Below, in pieces: positions 10,356 to 20,240 of a stretch of 64,000 nt of DNA. The first letter of the stretch is position 1; every line of letters begins with the position of its first letter. Location of the stretch: assembly GCA_963828525.1 (NCBI GenBank), contig CAWHEP010000009.1, forward strand, positions 256,001 to 320,000, given 5' to 3'. The notes under the pieces were generated by a model. The model did not search any database. It saw nothing but the letters and a program-made list of their open reading frames with translations, and was not told the DNA's origin. Made by a program: the position numbers and the translations under genes. The DNA comes from an uncultured Verrucomicrobiae bacterium. GTDB taxonomy: Bacteria; Verrucomicrobiota; Verrucomicrobiia; Chthoniobacterales; Chthoniobacteraceae.

Positions 10356-11791
10356 AAAGTCATCAATGCCTCTATCCCGACTTCGTTCGCCGTGAACCCT
10401 ACTCCACGTTGATCAGACTCCTTATCCCGGAACTCATAGAAAACGTCGCCTTTGAGCCAGCGGGTGAATTCATACGCCACCTCGGGCTTCAGGAAAAAGT
10501 AGTTGTCGGTGCGGTTAAACCCGCCGAACTTGCCCCCATCTTCCTGATAATCGTAGTTGGTGTATCCTACCTGGCCGAGCAGTTGGAAGCGTGATGTGAC
10601 GCGTTGAACAACGGAGAGATCGAAACCGGTCGAAGTATAGTTCTCGCCGAAGATCAACGCGGAACTTTGCACGCGCCGGTATGCCTCGAGCGTGATTTCC
10701 GTCTCTTCAAAGGGTTTATAAACTACACCAAGCCCGAACACAGGGTTCACGCGGTCTGCCGCGCCACCACCGTCAAACTGTCTGAATTCGATGCCCGCAT
10801 TTGCGGTGATGGCAACTTTGGCGGTGGCGTTATAGATGACCCTGAGAAGGCCCTGCTCATAATACTGGGTCGGACTTGCCTCCTGATCTACAAAACCAAG
10901 CCCTACACCCGCGCTGATGGTGAGGGAAGGACTGAGAAGATAGTTGAACCAGTCACGGTTGATATATTCCTTGTCGCTTACGAAACCGGATTGGTAATCA
11001 GAAGTTTGCTGGTAGAAATCGGCCTCGAAAGAGGTTTTGTCCGTCAAATCGTATTTCGCAGTGAGGCTCGTGTCATAAAGCTGGCGACGAACCCGATCTC
11101 CAATTTCAACGTCCGCTCCGGAAAGCTCCTGGAAATGGAAATCAAGGCCGATAGTGAGCCTTTTGACAGTATATTGCGCCTGCATGGCGACGTCTTGATC
11201 GACTGAATCTTGATCAGAGTGGTCCGCGAACAAAAAGAAGGTAGGAGCGTAGCTGGCCGTGAAGAAGCTATTTAAACGATCCTGATAGTCCCCAAGCTGT
11301 ATTCCGAATCCCGGAGTGACGGAGGTGACGAAATCCGCTTTTTTGTGGCTGGAACTGAAGAATATGTTGTCATCGAACATGGCGCTCACCCCTAAACCGA
11401 ACTCAAAAGGGCCAGTCGCCGCCATGGACTTCTTTTTGCTCAGGAGAGTCTGTCCAACTTCGGAACCTTGCGTGAGGGAGGGCGTGAGAGCCTGCTCGAG
11501 AGCCGGTTCGGGCTGGAGCAACCCCTCCCTGCGGGCTTCAACTTCCGGCGTTCCACTCTCAGCGGGAAGAGGAACATCTTCCGACATCTGCGAGTGCGCG
11601 GGATCATCGTTATTCAGATTCGCGTTCTCCGTCTCAGCCGGAGCGCTGAGAACGTGCTTTTTCGGCGCTGGAGAAGCTTCCGCCAAAGGAGCGGCATCCT
11701 GGGCCCGCGCGTTGCAAAAAAGCATCCCGCTCGCCAGAAGCATGAATAACGAAGCGCGCACCGTACTGCTGAAGTATTTTGTGTTTTTCAT
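10352..11791 (-). CDS. Outer-membrane beta-barrel associated with EPS export
   Basis: Signal peptide, FDDNIF motif, alternating amphipathic strands, C-terminal Phe; adjacent to a short OPX gene. Confidence 0.75.
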   Translation of the reverse strand: MKNTKYFSSTVRASLFMLLASGMLFCNARAQDAAPLAEASPAPKKHVLSAPAETENANLNNDDPAHSQMSEDVPLPAESGTPEVEARREGLLQPEPALEQALTPSLTQGSEVGQTLLSKKKSMAATGPFEFGLGVSAMFDDNIFFSSSHKKADFVTSVTPGFGIQLGDYQDRLNSFFTASYAPTFFLFADHSDQDSVDQDVAMQAQYTVKRLTIGLDFHFQELSGADVEIGDRVRRQLYDTSLTAKYDLTDKTSFEADFYQQTSDYQSGFVSDKEYINRDWFNYLLSPSLTISAGVGLGFVDQEASPTQYYEQGLLRVIYNATAKVAITANAGIEFRQFDGGGAADRVNPVFGLGVVYKPFEETEITLEAYRRVQSSALIFGENYTSTGFDLSVVQRVTSRFQLLGQVGYTNYDYQEDGGKFGGFNRTDNYFFLKPEVAYEFTRWLKGDVFYEFRDKESDQRGVGFTANEVGIEALMTF

Positions 11792-11836
11792 TGGTTTAGT
11801 CAGGATTGATCGGCGCGGATATTAGCGGAGCTTTTC

Positions 11837-11854
11837 ATATTGTAAAAACAATAT
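11837..11854. promoter_or_regulatory. Perfect inverted repeat ATATTGT-AAAA-ACAATAT upstream of EPS operon 1 (candidate operator)
   Basis: Read directly; about 45 bp upstream of the 11791 start codon in an AT-rich intergenic region. Confidence 0.4.
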
Positions 11855-12090
11855 ATCGCTCCTACCGACTAAACGTGAGGCTTGCGAGCGCCATGGAAAC
11901 AGCCACGGACGACAACTTTTGCTTCATGATTTGAGAGACTTCATTACAGCATTGCAGCACGGCATGAATGTTACAGAGCTATAGATACTAAAACTACTGC
12001 CATGTATCCTATAGCGGTGTAGGAACCGGCGCATCCCCGAACGTAGGACGGCCGCCTACAAGGGATCTGCGGCGAAAGCGCAACCCGGAC

Positions 12091-12702
12091 TCAAGGAGTG
12101 GACACGAACTTTACGATTTCCACTTTTACGAGCTCGATTTGTTTTCCGATATCCACGGCTTGCAAATTAAAAGCCTCAATCTGCGCGGCTGTCTGCTTCT
12201 CGGAAAGTGAAGGGTCTTTGAAGGTCTTGTACGATCGCCATGCGAGTTCACGGAGCGCCGCGGCAGGAGCCTCCAGCGACTCTCCCAGAATTCCCGGGAA
12301 ATGATGCCGATTGAGCCGCGCGAAGTTGGAGAGGCGCGAAGTATCCTCTATCGCGGCGCGACCCGCCTGATCTGCCGCCTCGAGTTTCTCGGTACGGAAT
12401 TCGAGTGAAAAGCGGATGATGCTCAAGGTCGCGCTGTCGAATAATTGAAAGAGCCTTTCCGCCAATTGCTCCCGACGTTCATCTGGCAGATCTACTTTCG
12501 ACGGCGCGACGGGAACGGTTGAACGCTCCGGCCGAAGGCGCTCCACCTCTTTTTCGGCAAGTTCACGAAGCCTGAGTTTATGAAGTTCGAGGTCTCTGGA
12601 GAGTACCTGCGAGAGAATCACCTTCGTTCCGGCGCAAGCCACGCAAGCCAGAACAACCGAAGCAAGGAGTGTCTCACAGAGGAATGCAGCAAAGGATGCC
12701 AT
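12091..12702 (-). CDS. Hypothetical protein (N-terminal TM, helical)
   Basis: 203-aa ORF co-oriented with its neighbours; no motif recognised. Confidence 0.55.
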   Translation of the reverse strand: MASFAAFLCETLLASVVLACVACAGTKVILSQVLSRDLELHKLRLRELAEKEVERLRPERSTVPVAPSKVDLPDERREQLAERLFQLFDSATLSIIRFSLEFRTEKLEAADQAGRAAIEDTSRLSNFARLNRHHFPGILGESLEAPAAALRELAWRSYKTFKDPSLSEKQTAAQIEAFNLQAVDIGKQIELVKVEIVKFVSTP

Positions 12703-12738
12703 GGTGACAGGCGTAGAACGAGAGCTCCGTCAGGAGCG

Positions 12739-13002
12739 CTACGCTTCCTTTTCGAGGCGTTCGCTTAGCCATTGCTTTATCATGCTCTGGTAGTTGAGAT
12801 AGCGGGAACGAGCGAGACGTTTGATGCGCGCCAGCATACGCGGATCGAATCGAAGAGTGATCATCGTTGACTCCCGGGCGTCCGCCTTCACGAGAGCGGC
12901 ATTCATCAAGCGGGCGTCGATCCGCGCATTCGCCCAAAATCCGGCTTCCTCCTCTTCAGATTCGAAACGAGGAACATCCGCCCAGCTGTTGACGACTTTC
13001 AT
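12739..13002 (-). CDS. BrnA/CopG-like ribbon-helix-helix antitoxin
   Basis: VPRFESEEEEAGFW, ITLRFDPRMLARIKRLA, NYQSMIKQWL; follows a BrnT-like gene. Confidence 0.8.
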   Translation of the reverse strand: MKVVNSWADVPRFESEEEEAGFWANARIDARLMNAALVKADARESTMITLRFDPRMLARIKRLARSRYLNYQSMIKQWLSERLEKEA

Positions 13003-13012
13003 GAGCGCTCCA

Positions 13013-13294
13013 TTACAGATTCATTTCCGAACTCTTCCGTTCATAGAAACTCACCTCTTCCGGGGTCATCTCGCGCGAGAAGATCACCCTGTACTTCTTG
13101 CCATCCGTCCAGAAGACACTAAAAATCCTCTTCTCGCCGACCGATTTGCCCAGATTAAAATACCTGGCGGCGCCCCGTTCGTTAGAGGACTCAGGCAGAA
13201 GGCGAAAGCTGAATGGATCCTCGAATGATTCTTCGATCTCCTTGGGACTCGTCCGGTGCAGATCGAAAGGGACGTCCAGCCAATCAAATTCCAT
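13013..13294 (-). CDS. BrnT-family toxin-like protein
   Basis: MEFDW start, EIEESFEDP, RYFNLG, YRVIFSREMTPEEVSFY. Confidence 0.75.
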   Translation of the reverse strand: MEFDWLDVPFDLHRTSPKEIEESFEDPFSFRLLPESSNERGAARYFNLGKSVGEKRIFSVFWTDGKKYRVIFSREMTPEEVSFYERKSSEMNL

Positions 13295-13304
13295 TCAAAA
13301 GAGA

Positions 13305-13682
13305 TCACGCGCGCTGGATCAATTCTATCTCGTAGCCCTCGGGAGCATCGAGAAAGCCGATGATACTGCCCCCGCTGCTGCGATGAGGACCATCGGAGAG
13401 TGGATAACCCCTGGACTCGGTCTGCTTTGCGAATTGTTCCAGGTCTTCGACTTCAAAAGCGAGGTGAGTCACGTCGGGGCCGATCTGGACAGGGCCGCTG
13501 CCGTCGAACTTGCAAATCTCGATCAATTCGTCACTGGCGGGCGCTTTGAGAAACACAAGTTGAGAGCCGCGGCCCGAGGTATGCCTGCTGACCTCGGAGA
13601 GGCCCAGCACGTCTTTATAGAAGGAAACCGTCCTTTCGAGATCCTGGACGCGGTACCGTGTGTGCAAGAGACGTTTAACCAT
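13305..13682 (-). CDS. VOC family / lactoylglutathione lyase (glyoxalase I)
   Basis: LLHTRYRVQDLERTVSFY, HLAFEVED, DAPEGYEIELI. Start placed at ATG 13682. Confidence 0.85.
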   Translation of the reverse strand: MVKRLLHTRYRVQDLERTVSFYKDVLGLSEVSRHTSGRGSQLVFLKAPASDELIEICKFDGSGPVQIGPDVTHLAFEVEDLEQFAKQTESRGYPLSDGPHRSSGGSIIGFLDAPEGYEIELIQRA

Positions 13683-13781
13683 ACAAAGTAGGAATGTCGG
13701 GCGGCGCCTTCTGTTCGCTGCCGCGCTCGGGTTCTGACAGTAAACCGTGCGCCTCCCTTTTAAAACATGTAAATTCGTCCA

Positions 13782-15281
13782 ATGCTCACCCTCGGAATTG
13801 ACAGCGGAACCCAAAGCACCAAGACCATCGCGCTAGACATCGAAACAGGCGAGGTATTGGCGTCCGCGCAAGCTGCGCACGGATTCGTTACCGGGCTGCC
13901 ACCAGGGCACATGGAGCAGGATCCAGAGACATGGATTAATGCCGCTCGCACGACGGTTGCCGAGTGCCTGGCCAGGCTGGGGAGCCGGAAGGATGAGGTA
14001 ATCGGCATCGGTGTGAGCGGACAGCAGCATGGTCTTGTCGTTTTGGATAAACGGAACAAGCCGATCCGTCCCGCGAAGCTGTGGTGCGATACCTCGACAC
14101 AGGAGCAGTGCGATCAATTCAACGCCGAGTTCGGCGGAACGAAGGGACTGGTCGAGATAGCGGGCAACGGCATCCTCACCGGGTACACCGCTCCAAAGAT
14201 CCTATGGCTCAAGCAGAACGAACCCGCTTCTTACCGCGCGGCCAACTGTTTCCTTCTTCCGCACGACTACATCAATTTCTGGCTTACCGGAGAGAAGCGC
14301 ATGGAGTTTGGAGATGCTTCCGGAACAGGCCTGATGGACGTGAGAACGCGCGCGTGGTCCAGGCAGCTCGTTGATTTTATTGACCCTGCTCTCCACGAGT
14401 ATATGCCAAAACCGGAAACATCCACCAAGGTGGCCGGGTTGCTGCGCGAGAGCCTGCGAGGCGAGTGGGGTCTCACGGGCAGCCCTGTCGTGAGCGCCGG
14501 AGGGGGAGACAATATGATGGGCGCCATCGGCACTGGCAATATCGCGCCCGGCATTGTCACGGCGAGCCTGGGGACTTCCGGAACCCTTTACTCTTTCGCC
14601 AACGAGCCTGTGCTGGATCCCGCCGGGGAGATCGCGTCCTTCTGCGACAGCACGGATCACTGGCTGCCACTGGTTTGTACAATGAATGTGACAGTCGCCA
14701 CTGAGCAGATACGCCGATTGTTTGGGATGGACTATCCGGCGTTCGAACACGCGCTGATCTCCACACAACCCGGAGCGGACGGGATTTTATTTCTTCCTTA
14801 TCTAAATGGCGAACGAACTCCCAACTTGCCGAGAGCCAGCGGAGTGTATCAAGGATTGAACACCTCCAACATGCTTTCCGGTCAACTCGTCAGAGCGACG
14901 GTGGAAGGCGTGACCATGGGCCTCGGCTATGGCCTTAACCGGTTCCGCAGTCTAGGGATGACGCCGGCAGAAATCCGGCTCACGGGTGGAGGCAGCAATA
15001 GCAAGGCATGGCGACAGATCGCGGCGGATGTCTTCGGCGTTCCGACAGTCTGTCTGAGGTGCAACGAGGGGGCCGCGCTGGGAGCAGCGATCCAGGCATA
15101 CTGGGCACTGGAAGCGGTGAATGGAGGCGCGGCGTCATTGCCAGCGATCGCAGCGCGTCTCGCTGGTGTGGATCATTCGACATATTCCGAGCCGAATGCA
15201 AAAACCGGGCCCCTTTATAAGGCCCTGCTCGCCAAGCAGACCGACCTCACACGGAAACTCCATGCTGGCGGCTACCTATGA
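13782..15281 (+). CDS. xylB: Xylulokinase (FGGY kinase)
   Basis: LGIDSGTQSTK, SGQQHG, LWCD, GGGDNM, SLGTSGT, PYLNGERTP. Confidence 0.9.
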   Translation: MLTLGIDSGTQSTKTIALDIETGEVLASAQAAHGFVTGLPPGHMEQDPETWINAARTTVAECLARLGSRKDEVIGIGVSGQQHGLVVLDKRNKPIRPAKLWCDTSTQEQCDQFNAEFGGTKGLVEIAGNGILTGYTAPKILWLKQNEPASYRAANCFLLPHDYINFWLTGEKRMEFGDASGTGLMDVRTRAWSRQLVDFIDPALHEYMPKPETSTKVAGLLRESLRGEWGLTGSPVVSAGGGDNMMGAIGTGNIAPGIVTASLGTSGTLYSFANEPVLDPAGEIASFCDSTDHWLPLVCTMNVTVATEQIRRLFGMDYPAFEHALISTQPGADGILFLPYLNGERTPNLPRASGVYQGLNTSNMLSGQLVRATVEGVTMGLGYGLNRFRSLGMTPAEIRLTGGGSNSKAWRQIAADVFGVPTVCLRCNEGAALGAAIQAYWALEAVNGGAASLPAIAARLAGVDHSTYSEPNAKTGPLYKALLAKQTDLTRKLHAGGYL

Positions 15282-15779
15282 GACTGTTCTCGCGTCTGTG
15301 ACGGCCGTTTTTGGCTTTTGAAAGGGCAGTTCGATGTTATCCCTCCGCATCCGCCGGAGCGTGATTTCGACAATGTTCGCTAGCGTGTACCGATCCATTA
15401 TGTCCGAGATAGCATTGCGGACGTCCAGCATCAGCATGCGCAGGCCGCAGTGGTTCTCATCAGGACAGGAACACCGCGCGTAAGCTGTCTGGCTCACACA
15501 AGGAATTGGCGCCAGGGGACCGTCGATGAGCCTGACGACATCCCCCATCCGAATGGCGTCGAGCGGTTTGCAGATGTAATAGCCCCCATTTTTGCCGCGT
15601 TTTGTATCGACGACCCCCGCCGCGCGGAGTTGCGTTAAAATCTGCTCAAGGAACTTGACCGGGAGCCGCTCTTTTCGCGCCAGCTCCGCCATTTGAATAA
15701 GAGGCCGCTTCATCTGCTGCGCAATGCCGAGGTCGATGAGGGCGCGGAACGCATATTCACCGCGTTTGGAAAGTTTCAC
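15276..15779 (-). CDS. Rrf2-family transcriptional regulator with Cys cluster
   Basis: KLSKRGEYAFRAL, FLEQIL, RGKNGGY, CVS...CSC...C. GTG start at 15779 assumed. Confidence 0.9.
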   Translation of the reverse strand: MKLSKRGEYAFRALIDLGIAQQMKRPLIQMAELARKERLPVKFLEQILTQLRAAGVVDTKRGKNGGYYICKPLDAIRMGDVVRLIDGPLAPIPCVSQTAYARCSCPDENHCGLRMLMLDVRNAISDIMDRYTLANIVEITLRRMRRDNIELPFQKPKTAVTDARTVS

Positions 15780-15874
15780 AGACGTCAATGACTACCATAA
15801 GGAACACCGTGTCCGCTACGGCTCTTTTTCTTCCACGAGCAACCGCAGATTCTCGTCGCAAAGTCCCAGCTTTC

Positions 15875-16699
15875 CTAAATATCCGCCGCGAACGAGATCA
15901 GCCGACGATACTCAGACAAGATTGCCCGCGCGGCCAGAACGAATGCCCGTCTCTGCAAGGAGAGACAAACATTTTGCGGCGTTTCCAGAATGATCTCAAA
16001 TGGCTCAGGCTGCGAACCCGGTGGGGCGCAGAGAATTCCGTCGTAGGCGGAATGTATAATTCCATTCACCGCGTGGAACCCATCGATCTCGTCCCGCTGG
16101 TTGCGAGGCAGCGCGTCTTCCGCTGCCGCAAGAGCAGGCTTCAACAGGTGTTCGGTAAGAGTAGCTCCTCGCACGAAACCATACATCCCGTCACTGGTAT
16201 CGTCTGAGTGAAACGCGATGATCCCGTCGAAACGCTGCGCGCGCAGTTCTTTCTCCAAAAGCAGTACTTCTGGCTGGGCGGAGTTTTTCCAGAACTCGCG
16301 GTTCAGATCCACACCGGAGCGAGAACAGCGGGTGCCTTCGGCATATCCGGTAGGATTGCAGACAGGGTAAATCCAGATTTCATAATCGCGGCCCAAGTCG
16401 GGGTTTTCGTCCAGTACCCTCACCAAATCCACAAGCGCAAACGCTCCCGCGGGTTCATCTCCATGAATGCAGGCGAACATGCCAACTTTGATTCGACGCT
16501 TCACTTCCGAAGTGCGCTGGAATCGAAAACGGGGCAGCCAGAATCTTTCTTCAGCGATCCTCCAAAAGCCGAGAGAATCCGCTCGCAGCGCTTCCGATTC
16601 CCCGACCCGGAGAAAGATCGGAAGGAGCAGTTCCTTGATGGCAAGCCTCTGCTCGCCGGCGGTATCCGCAAGCAACGGCCGATCTGAAATTTGGGTCAC
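15875..16699 (-). CDS. M14 / succinylglutamate desuccinylase-aspartoacylase family metallopeptidase
   Basis: IHGDE, NPTG, DLNREF, FHSD, ILETP. Confidence 0.8.
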   Translation of the reverse strand: MTQISDRPLLADTAGEQRLAIKELLLPIFLRVGESEALRADSLGFWRIAEERFWLPRFRFQRTSEVKRRIKVGMFACIHGDEPAGAFALVDLVRVLDENPDLGRDYEIWIYPVCNPTGYAEGTRCSRSGVDLNREFWKNSAQPEVLLLEKELRAQRFDGIIAFHSDDTSDGMYGFVRGATLTEHLLKPALAAAEDALPRNQRDEIDGFHAVNGIIHSAYDGILCAPPGSQPEPFEIILETPQNVCLSLQRRAFVLAARAILSEYRRLISFAADI

Positions 16700-16891
16700 G
16701 CCTATACCATACTATACCACTAGAGGATTAATCAACCCAGAAGCTCCTGACGCGCTGATTTCCAGCCTTCGCGATTGACGTCAACCCGCTCAAGCCCTTA
16801 GCGTCCGGGCAATCACTCACATCCATCGCCGTTCTTTGAAAGCTTCGATGGATGGGCGGAGTGTCAGGACTTAACCAACACAAAGTAATAT

Positions 16892-17386
16892 ATGGCACTA
16901 TCGATCGGCGAAAAAGCACCGGATTTCACCTTGCCAACGAAGACCTCTGAAGGTCCTAAACAGGTGAGACTCAGCGATCAGTTTGGATCAAAAAACACGC
17001 TCCTTCTGTTTTTCCCGATGGCATTCACCGGGGTATGCACTCAGGAAATGTGCGAGATCACGCTGGGTTTGAATGAATACAAGCAGCTAAGCGCTCAAGT
17101 GTACGGGATCAGCGGGGATAATCCTTTCGCTCAGGAGGCGTGGGCGCAAAAAGAGAGCATTGGAGTTGAGCTTTTGAGCGATTACGAACATCAAGTCGCA
17201 AAGGCCTACGGCGTGGCGTACGAGTCTTTCCTTCCGCAGATCAATCTTGGGATGGGCGGGGTGCCAAAGCGCTCCGCGTTTGTAATCGATAAACAAGGCG
17301 TGATCCAGTACAGCGAAAGCAGCGACGACGCCGCGAAATTGCCTGACTTCGAGAAAATCAAATCGGCGCTTGGCAAGCTTTCCTGA
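16892..17386 (+). CDS. Peroxiredoxin (AhpC/TSA, BCP/AhpE-like)
   Basis: APDFTL, FFPMAFTGVCTQEMC, RSAFVIDKQG. Confidence 0.9.
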   Translation: MALSIGEKAPDFTLPTKTSEGPKQVRLSDQFGSKNTLLLFFPMAFTGVCTQEMCEITLGLNEYKQLSAQVYGISGDNPFAQEAWAQKESIGVELLSDYEHQVAKAYGVAYESFLPQINLGMGGVPKRSAFVIDKQGVIQYSESSDDAAKLPDFEKIKSALGKLS

Positions 17387-17414
17387 CTGAGTGTTAAGCG
17401 GAGGGGTTAAGCTT

Positions 17415-20216
17415 ATGAACGATAAGTTTGGGACACTGAAGCAGTTCGGAATCGGCAATGGCAAACTGGCCTTTTTCCATTCCCTTCCCGCGTTAGAATC
17501 GGCGGGACTTGGCAGGATATCGCGCCTTCCTGTCAGCATCCGCATTGTTCTCGAATCCGTCCTGCGCAACTGCGATGGCAAGAAGGTTGTAGACGAGGAT
17601 GTGCGTACCCTGGCGAACTGGGACGCGAAGAAACCCGCGAATGAAGAAATACCCTTCGTCGTGGCGCGGATTGTCCTTCAAGACTTCACTGGAGTTCCCC
17701 TCCTGGTCGACCTGGCAGCGATGCGGAGCGCAGTCGCGGCAGCGGGAGGCGATCCCAAGATCATTGAGCCCTTGGTGCCGGTGGATCTTGTGGTTGACCA
17801 TTCTGTGCAAGTCGACTTTGCGGGATCAGCCGACGCGCTGCGGCTGAATCTGGACATGGAGTTCCGGCGAAACGCCGAGCGATACCAATTTCTTAAGTGG
17901 GGCCAGCAGGCGTTCAAGACATTCGGCGTGGTTCCTCCTGGCATCGGCATCGTTCACCAGGTGAATCTTGAATACCTAGCCCGGGGAGTACTCAGCGCCC
18001 CCGCAAACGGACAATTCCTCTACTATCCGGATACCCTCGTTGGCACCGATTCACATACGACGATGATTAATGGTTTGGGAATCGTCGGATGGGGCGTTGG
18101 CGGGATCGAAGCGGAAGCGGGCATGCTCGGGCAACCCGTCTATTTTCTCACGCCCGAGGTGGTGGGCGTTCATATGATTGGCACATTGCGCGAGGGCGTT
18201 ACAGCGACGGATCTCGCGCTGCACGTCACGCAGATGCTTCGGGCGCGGAAAGTCGTCGGGAAGTTTGTAGAATTCTACGGTCCGGGCGCGGCCTCCCTGC
18301 CCCTGCCGGATCGGGCGACCATCGGCAACATGGCGCCGGAGTATGGCGCGACGATGGGATATTTTCCAGTTGATCAGGAATCAGTGAATTATCTCCGGGC
18401 GACGGGACGAACCGAGGAGCAGTGCCAGGCTTTTGAGAACTACTTCAGGGCGCAGGAAATGTTCGGGATGCCAAACAAGGGTGACATTGACTACAGCGTG
18501 GATCTGGATCTGGATTTGGCGGAAGTTCAGCCCGGAGTGGCGGGGCCAAAGCGCCCGCAGGACAGAATCAACCTCCCTAATCTCAAACACAAGTTCCTGG
18601 AACTTTTGGGGAAATCGATTCCAGAAGGTGGGTATGGCAAAGCCTCGGGGGCCGCGCAACCGAGCAGCGCGCCCGGAGATTTGAAAGGCGGAACGGCGCG
18701 CAACGAACTTGAGATGGTCGCCAATCGCCCGACACCCGATGAGGTGGCCGGATCGCCCGACGATCCGCTGGCTGGAGGGAAGCCGATCGCGCACGGGAGT
18801 GTTCTCATCGCCGCAATCACAAGCTGCACTAACACCAGCAACCCTAGCGTGATGCTCGCCGCCGGCTTGCTTGCGAAGAAGGCGGTCGAGCGTGGGTTAA
18901 AGGTGGAGCGGGTTGTGAAGACGTCACTGGCGCCGGGGTCCCGGGTTGTTACTGATTATCTGGATAAAACCGGTCTGCAACCCTATCTGGATCAACTTGG
19001 TTTCAACATCGTGGGATACGGCTGCACGACCTGCATCGGGAATTCGGGACCGCTTCATCCACGCGTTGAAGAGGAGATCACGCGTCAAGACCTCATCACC
19101 GCTGCCGTTCTCTCCGGCAATCGCAACTTCGAGGCCCGCATTCATCAGAACATCAAGGCGAACTTCCTGATGTCCCCCCCGCTCGTGGTGGCGTTTGCGC
19201 TCGCGGGACGAGTTGATATCGATCTGGTCTCGGAGCCCATCGGAGAAGATAAACAAGGTCGCGCCGTTTATTTGCGCGATCTCTGGCCAACGCTGTCCGA
19301 GATCAAGGCAGCCATGGAATCGGCGCTCAAACCGGAAATCTTCAAAAAGCTTTACACTGACTTCGCCGAGCAAAATCCAAAGTGGAACGAGATAAGTTCC
19401 CCAGCGGGGGACAGCTACGCCTGGGATGCGGAGAGTAATTATATCCAGGAGCCCCCGTTTTTCACGGAATTCTCGATGCAGCCGGTTAAGCCAGGCGCGA
19501 TTCGCGGGGCGAGACCGCTAGGGATTTTCGGAGATTCGGTCACCACTGACCATATTTCGCCAGCAGGCGCGATCACGTCCCGGTCTCCTGCTGGAAAGTA
19601 CCTCATGTCCAGAGGCGTGGAGCCGGATGATTTCAATAGCTACGGCAGCCGCCGCGGTAATGACAGGGTGATGACACGCGGCACGTTCGCGAACGTGCGA
19701 ATCAAGAATTTCATGACCCCCGGGATCGAGGGGGGAGTAACCGTGCATTATCCATCTGGAGAGCAGATGCCGATCTTTGACGCATCAGAGCGTTACCAGG
19801 CCGCGGATGTTCCCCTGATCATACTGGCTGGCAGCGAGTACGGCACAGGATCAAGTCGTGACTGGGCTGCGAAAGGCACTTTACTGCTCGGAGTCAAAGC
19901 GGTGGTAGCCGCAAGTTACGAGCGGATACACCGATCGAACCTCGTGGGGATGGGCATCCTTCCGTTGCAGTTCATGGAGGGCGCCAACGCGCTGACGCTG
20001 CGCCTCACGGGCTCGGAAACGTTTGACTTCGCGGAGTTGGGTGAGAAACCGCGCCCGGGCCAAGAGGTGGTAATGACAATCCATCGAAGTGACGGCAGCG
20101 CTGAAGCGGTGAAGTTGCGCAGCCGAATCGACACTCAGATTGAGGTGGATTACTACCTGAATGGAGGCATCCTGCCATTCGTCCTCCGTGAGCTCCTGGG
20201 CGGACAGAAGAGCTAA
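17415..20216 (+). CDS. acnA: Aconitate hydratase A
   Basis: [61 protein letters not shown]. Confidence 0.97.
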   Translation: MNDKFGTLKQFGIGNGKLAFFHSLPALESAGLGRISRLPVSIRIVLESVLRNCDGKKVVDEDVRTLANWDAKKPANEEIPFVVARIVLQDFTGVPLLVDLAAMRSAVAAAGGDPKIIEPLVPVDLVVDHSVQVDFAGSADALRLNLDMEFRRNAERYQFLKWGQQAFKTFGVVPPGIGIVHQVNLEYLARGVLSAPANGQFLYYPDTLVGTDSHTTMINGLGIVGWGVGGIEAEAGMLGQPVYFLTPEVVGVHMIGTLREGVTATDLALHVTQMLRARKVVGKFVEFYGPGAASLPLPDRATIGNMAPEYGATMGYFPVDQESVNYLRATGRTEEQCQAFENYFRAQEMFGMPNKGDIDYSVDLDLDLAEVQPGVAGPKRPQDRINLPNLKHKFLELLGKSIPEGGYGKASGAAQPSSAPGDLKGGTARNELEMVANRPTPDEVAGSPDDPLAGGKPIAHGSVLIAAITSCTNTSNPSVMLAAGLLAKKAVERGLKVERVVKTSLAPGSRVVTDYLDKTGLQPYLDQLGFNIVGYGCTTCIGNSGPLHPRVEEEITRQDLITAAVLSGNRNFEARIHQNIKANFLMSPPLVVAFALAGRVDIDLVSEPIGEDKQGRAVYLRDLWPTLSEIKAAMESALKPEIFKKLYTDFAEQNPKWNEISSPAGDSYAWDAESNYIQEPPFFTEFSMQPVKPGAIRGARPLGIFGDSVTTDHISPAGAITSRSPAGKYLMSRGVEPDDFNSYGSRRGNDRVMTRGTFANVRIKNFMTPGIEGGVTVHYPSGEQMPIFDASERYQAADVPLIILAGSEYGTGSSRDWAAKGTLLLGVKAVVAASYERIHRSNLVGMGILPLQFMEGANALTLRLTGSETFDFAELGEKPRPGQEVVMTIHRSDGSAEAVKLRSRIDTQIEVDYYLNGGILPFVLRELLGGQKS

Positions 20217-20240
20217 CGGGCGGCAATGCACCGCGCAGGG

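Noticed and set aside
1..11791. EPS operon 1 as novel
   Set aside because: It has a conventional beta-barrel/OPX/Wzc/Wzx/Wzy/GT organisation.
16780..16860. Known riboswitch (e.g. SAM-I) upstream of the peptidase-Rrf2 genes
   Set aside because: A hairpin is present but I could not find the conserved riboswitch core motifs.
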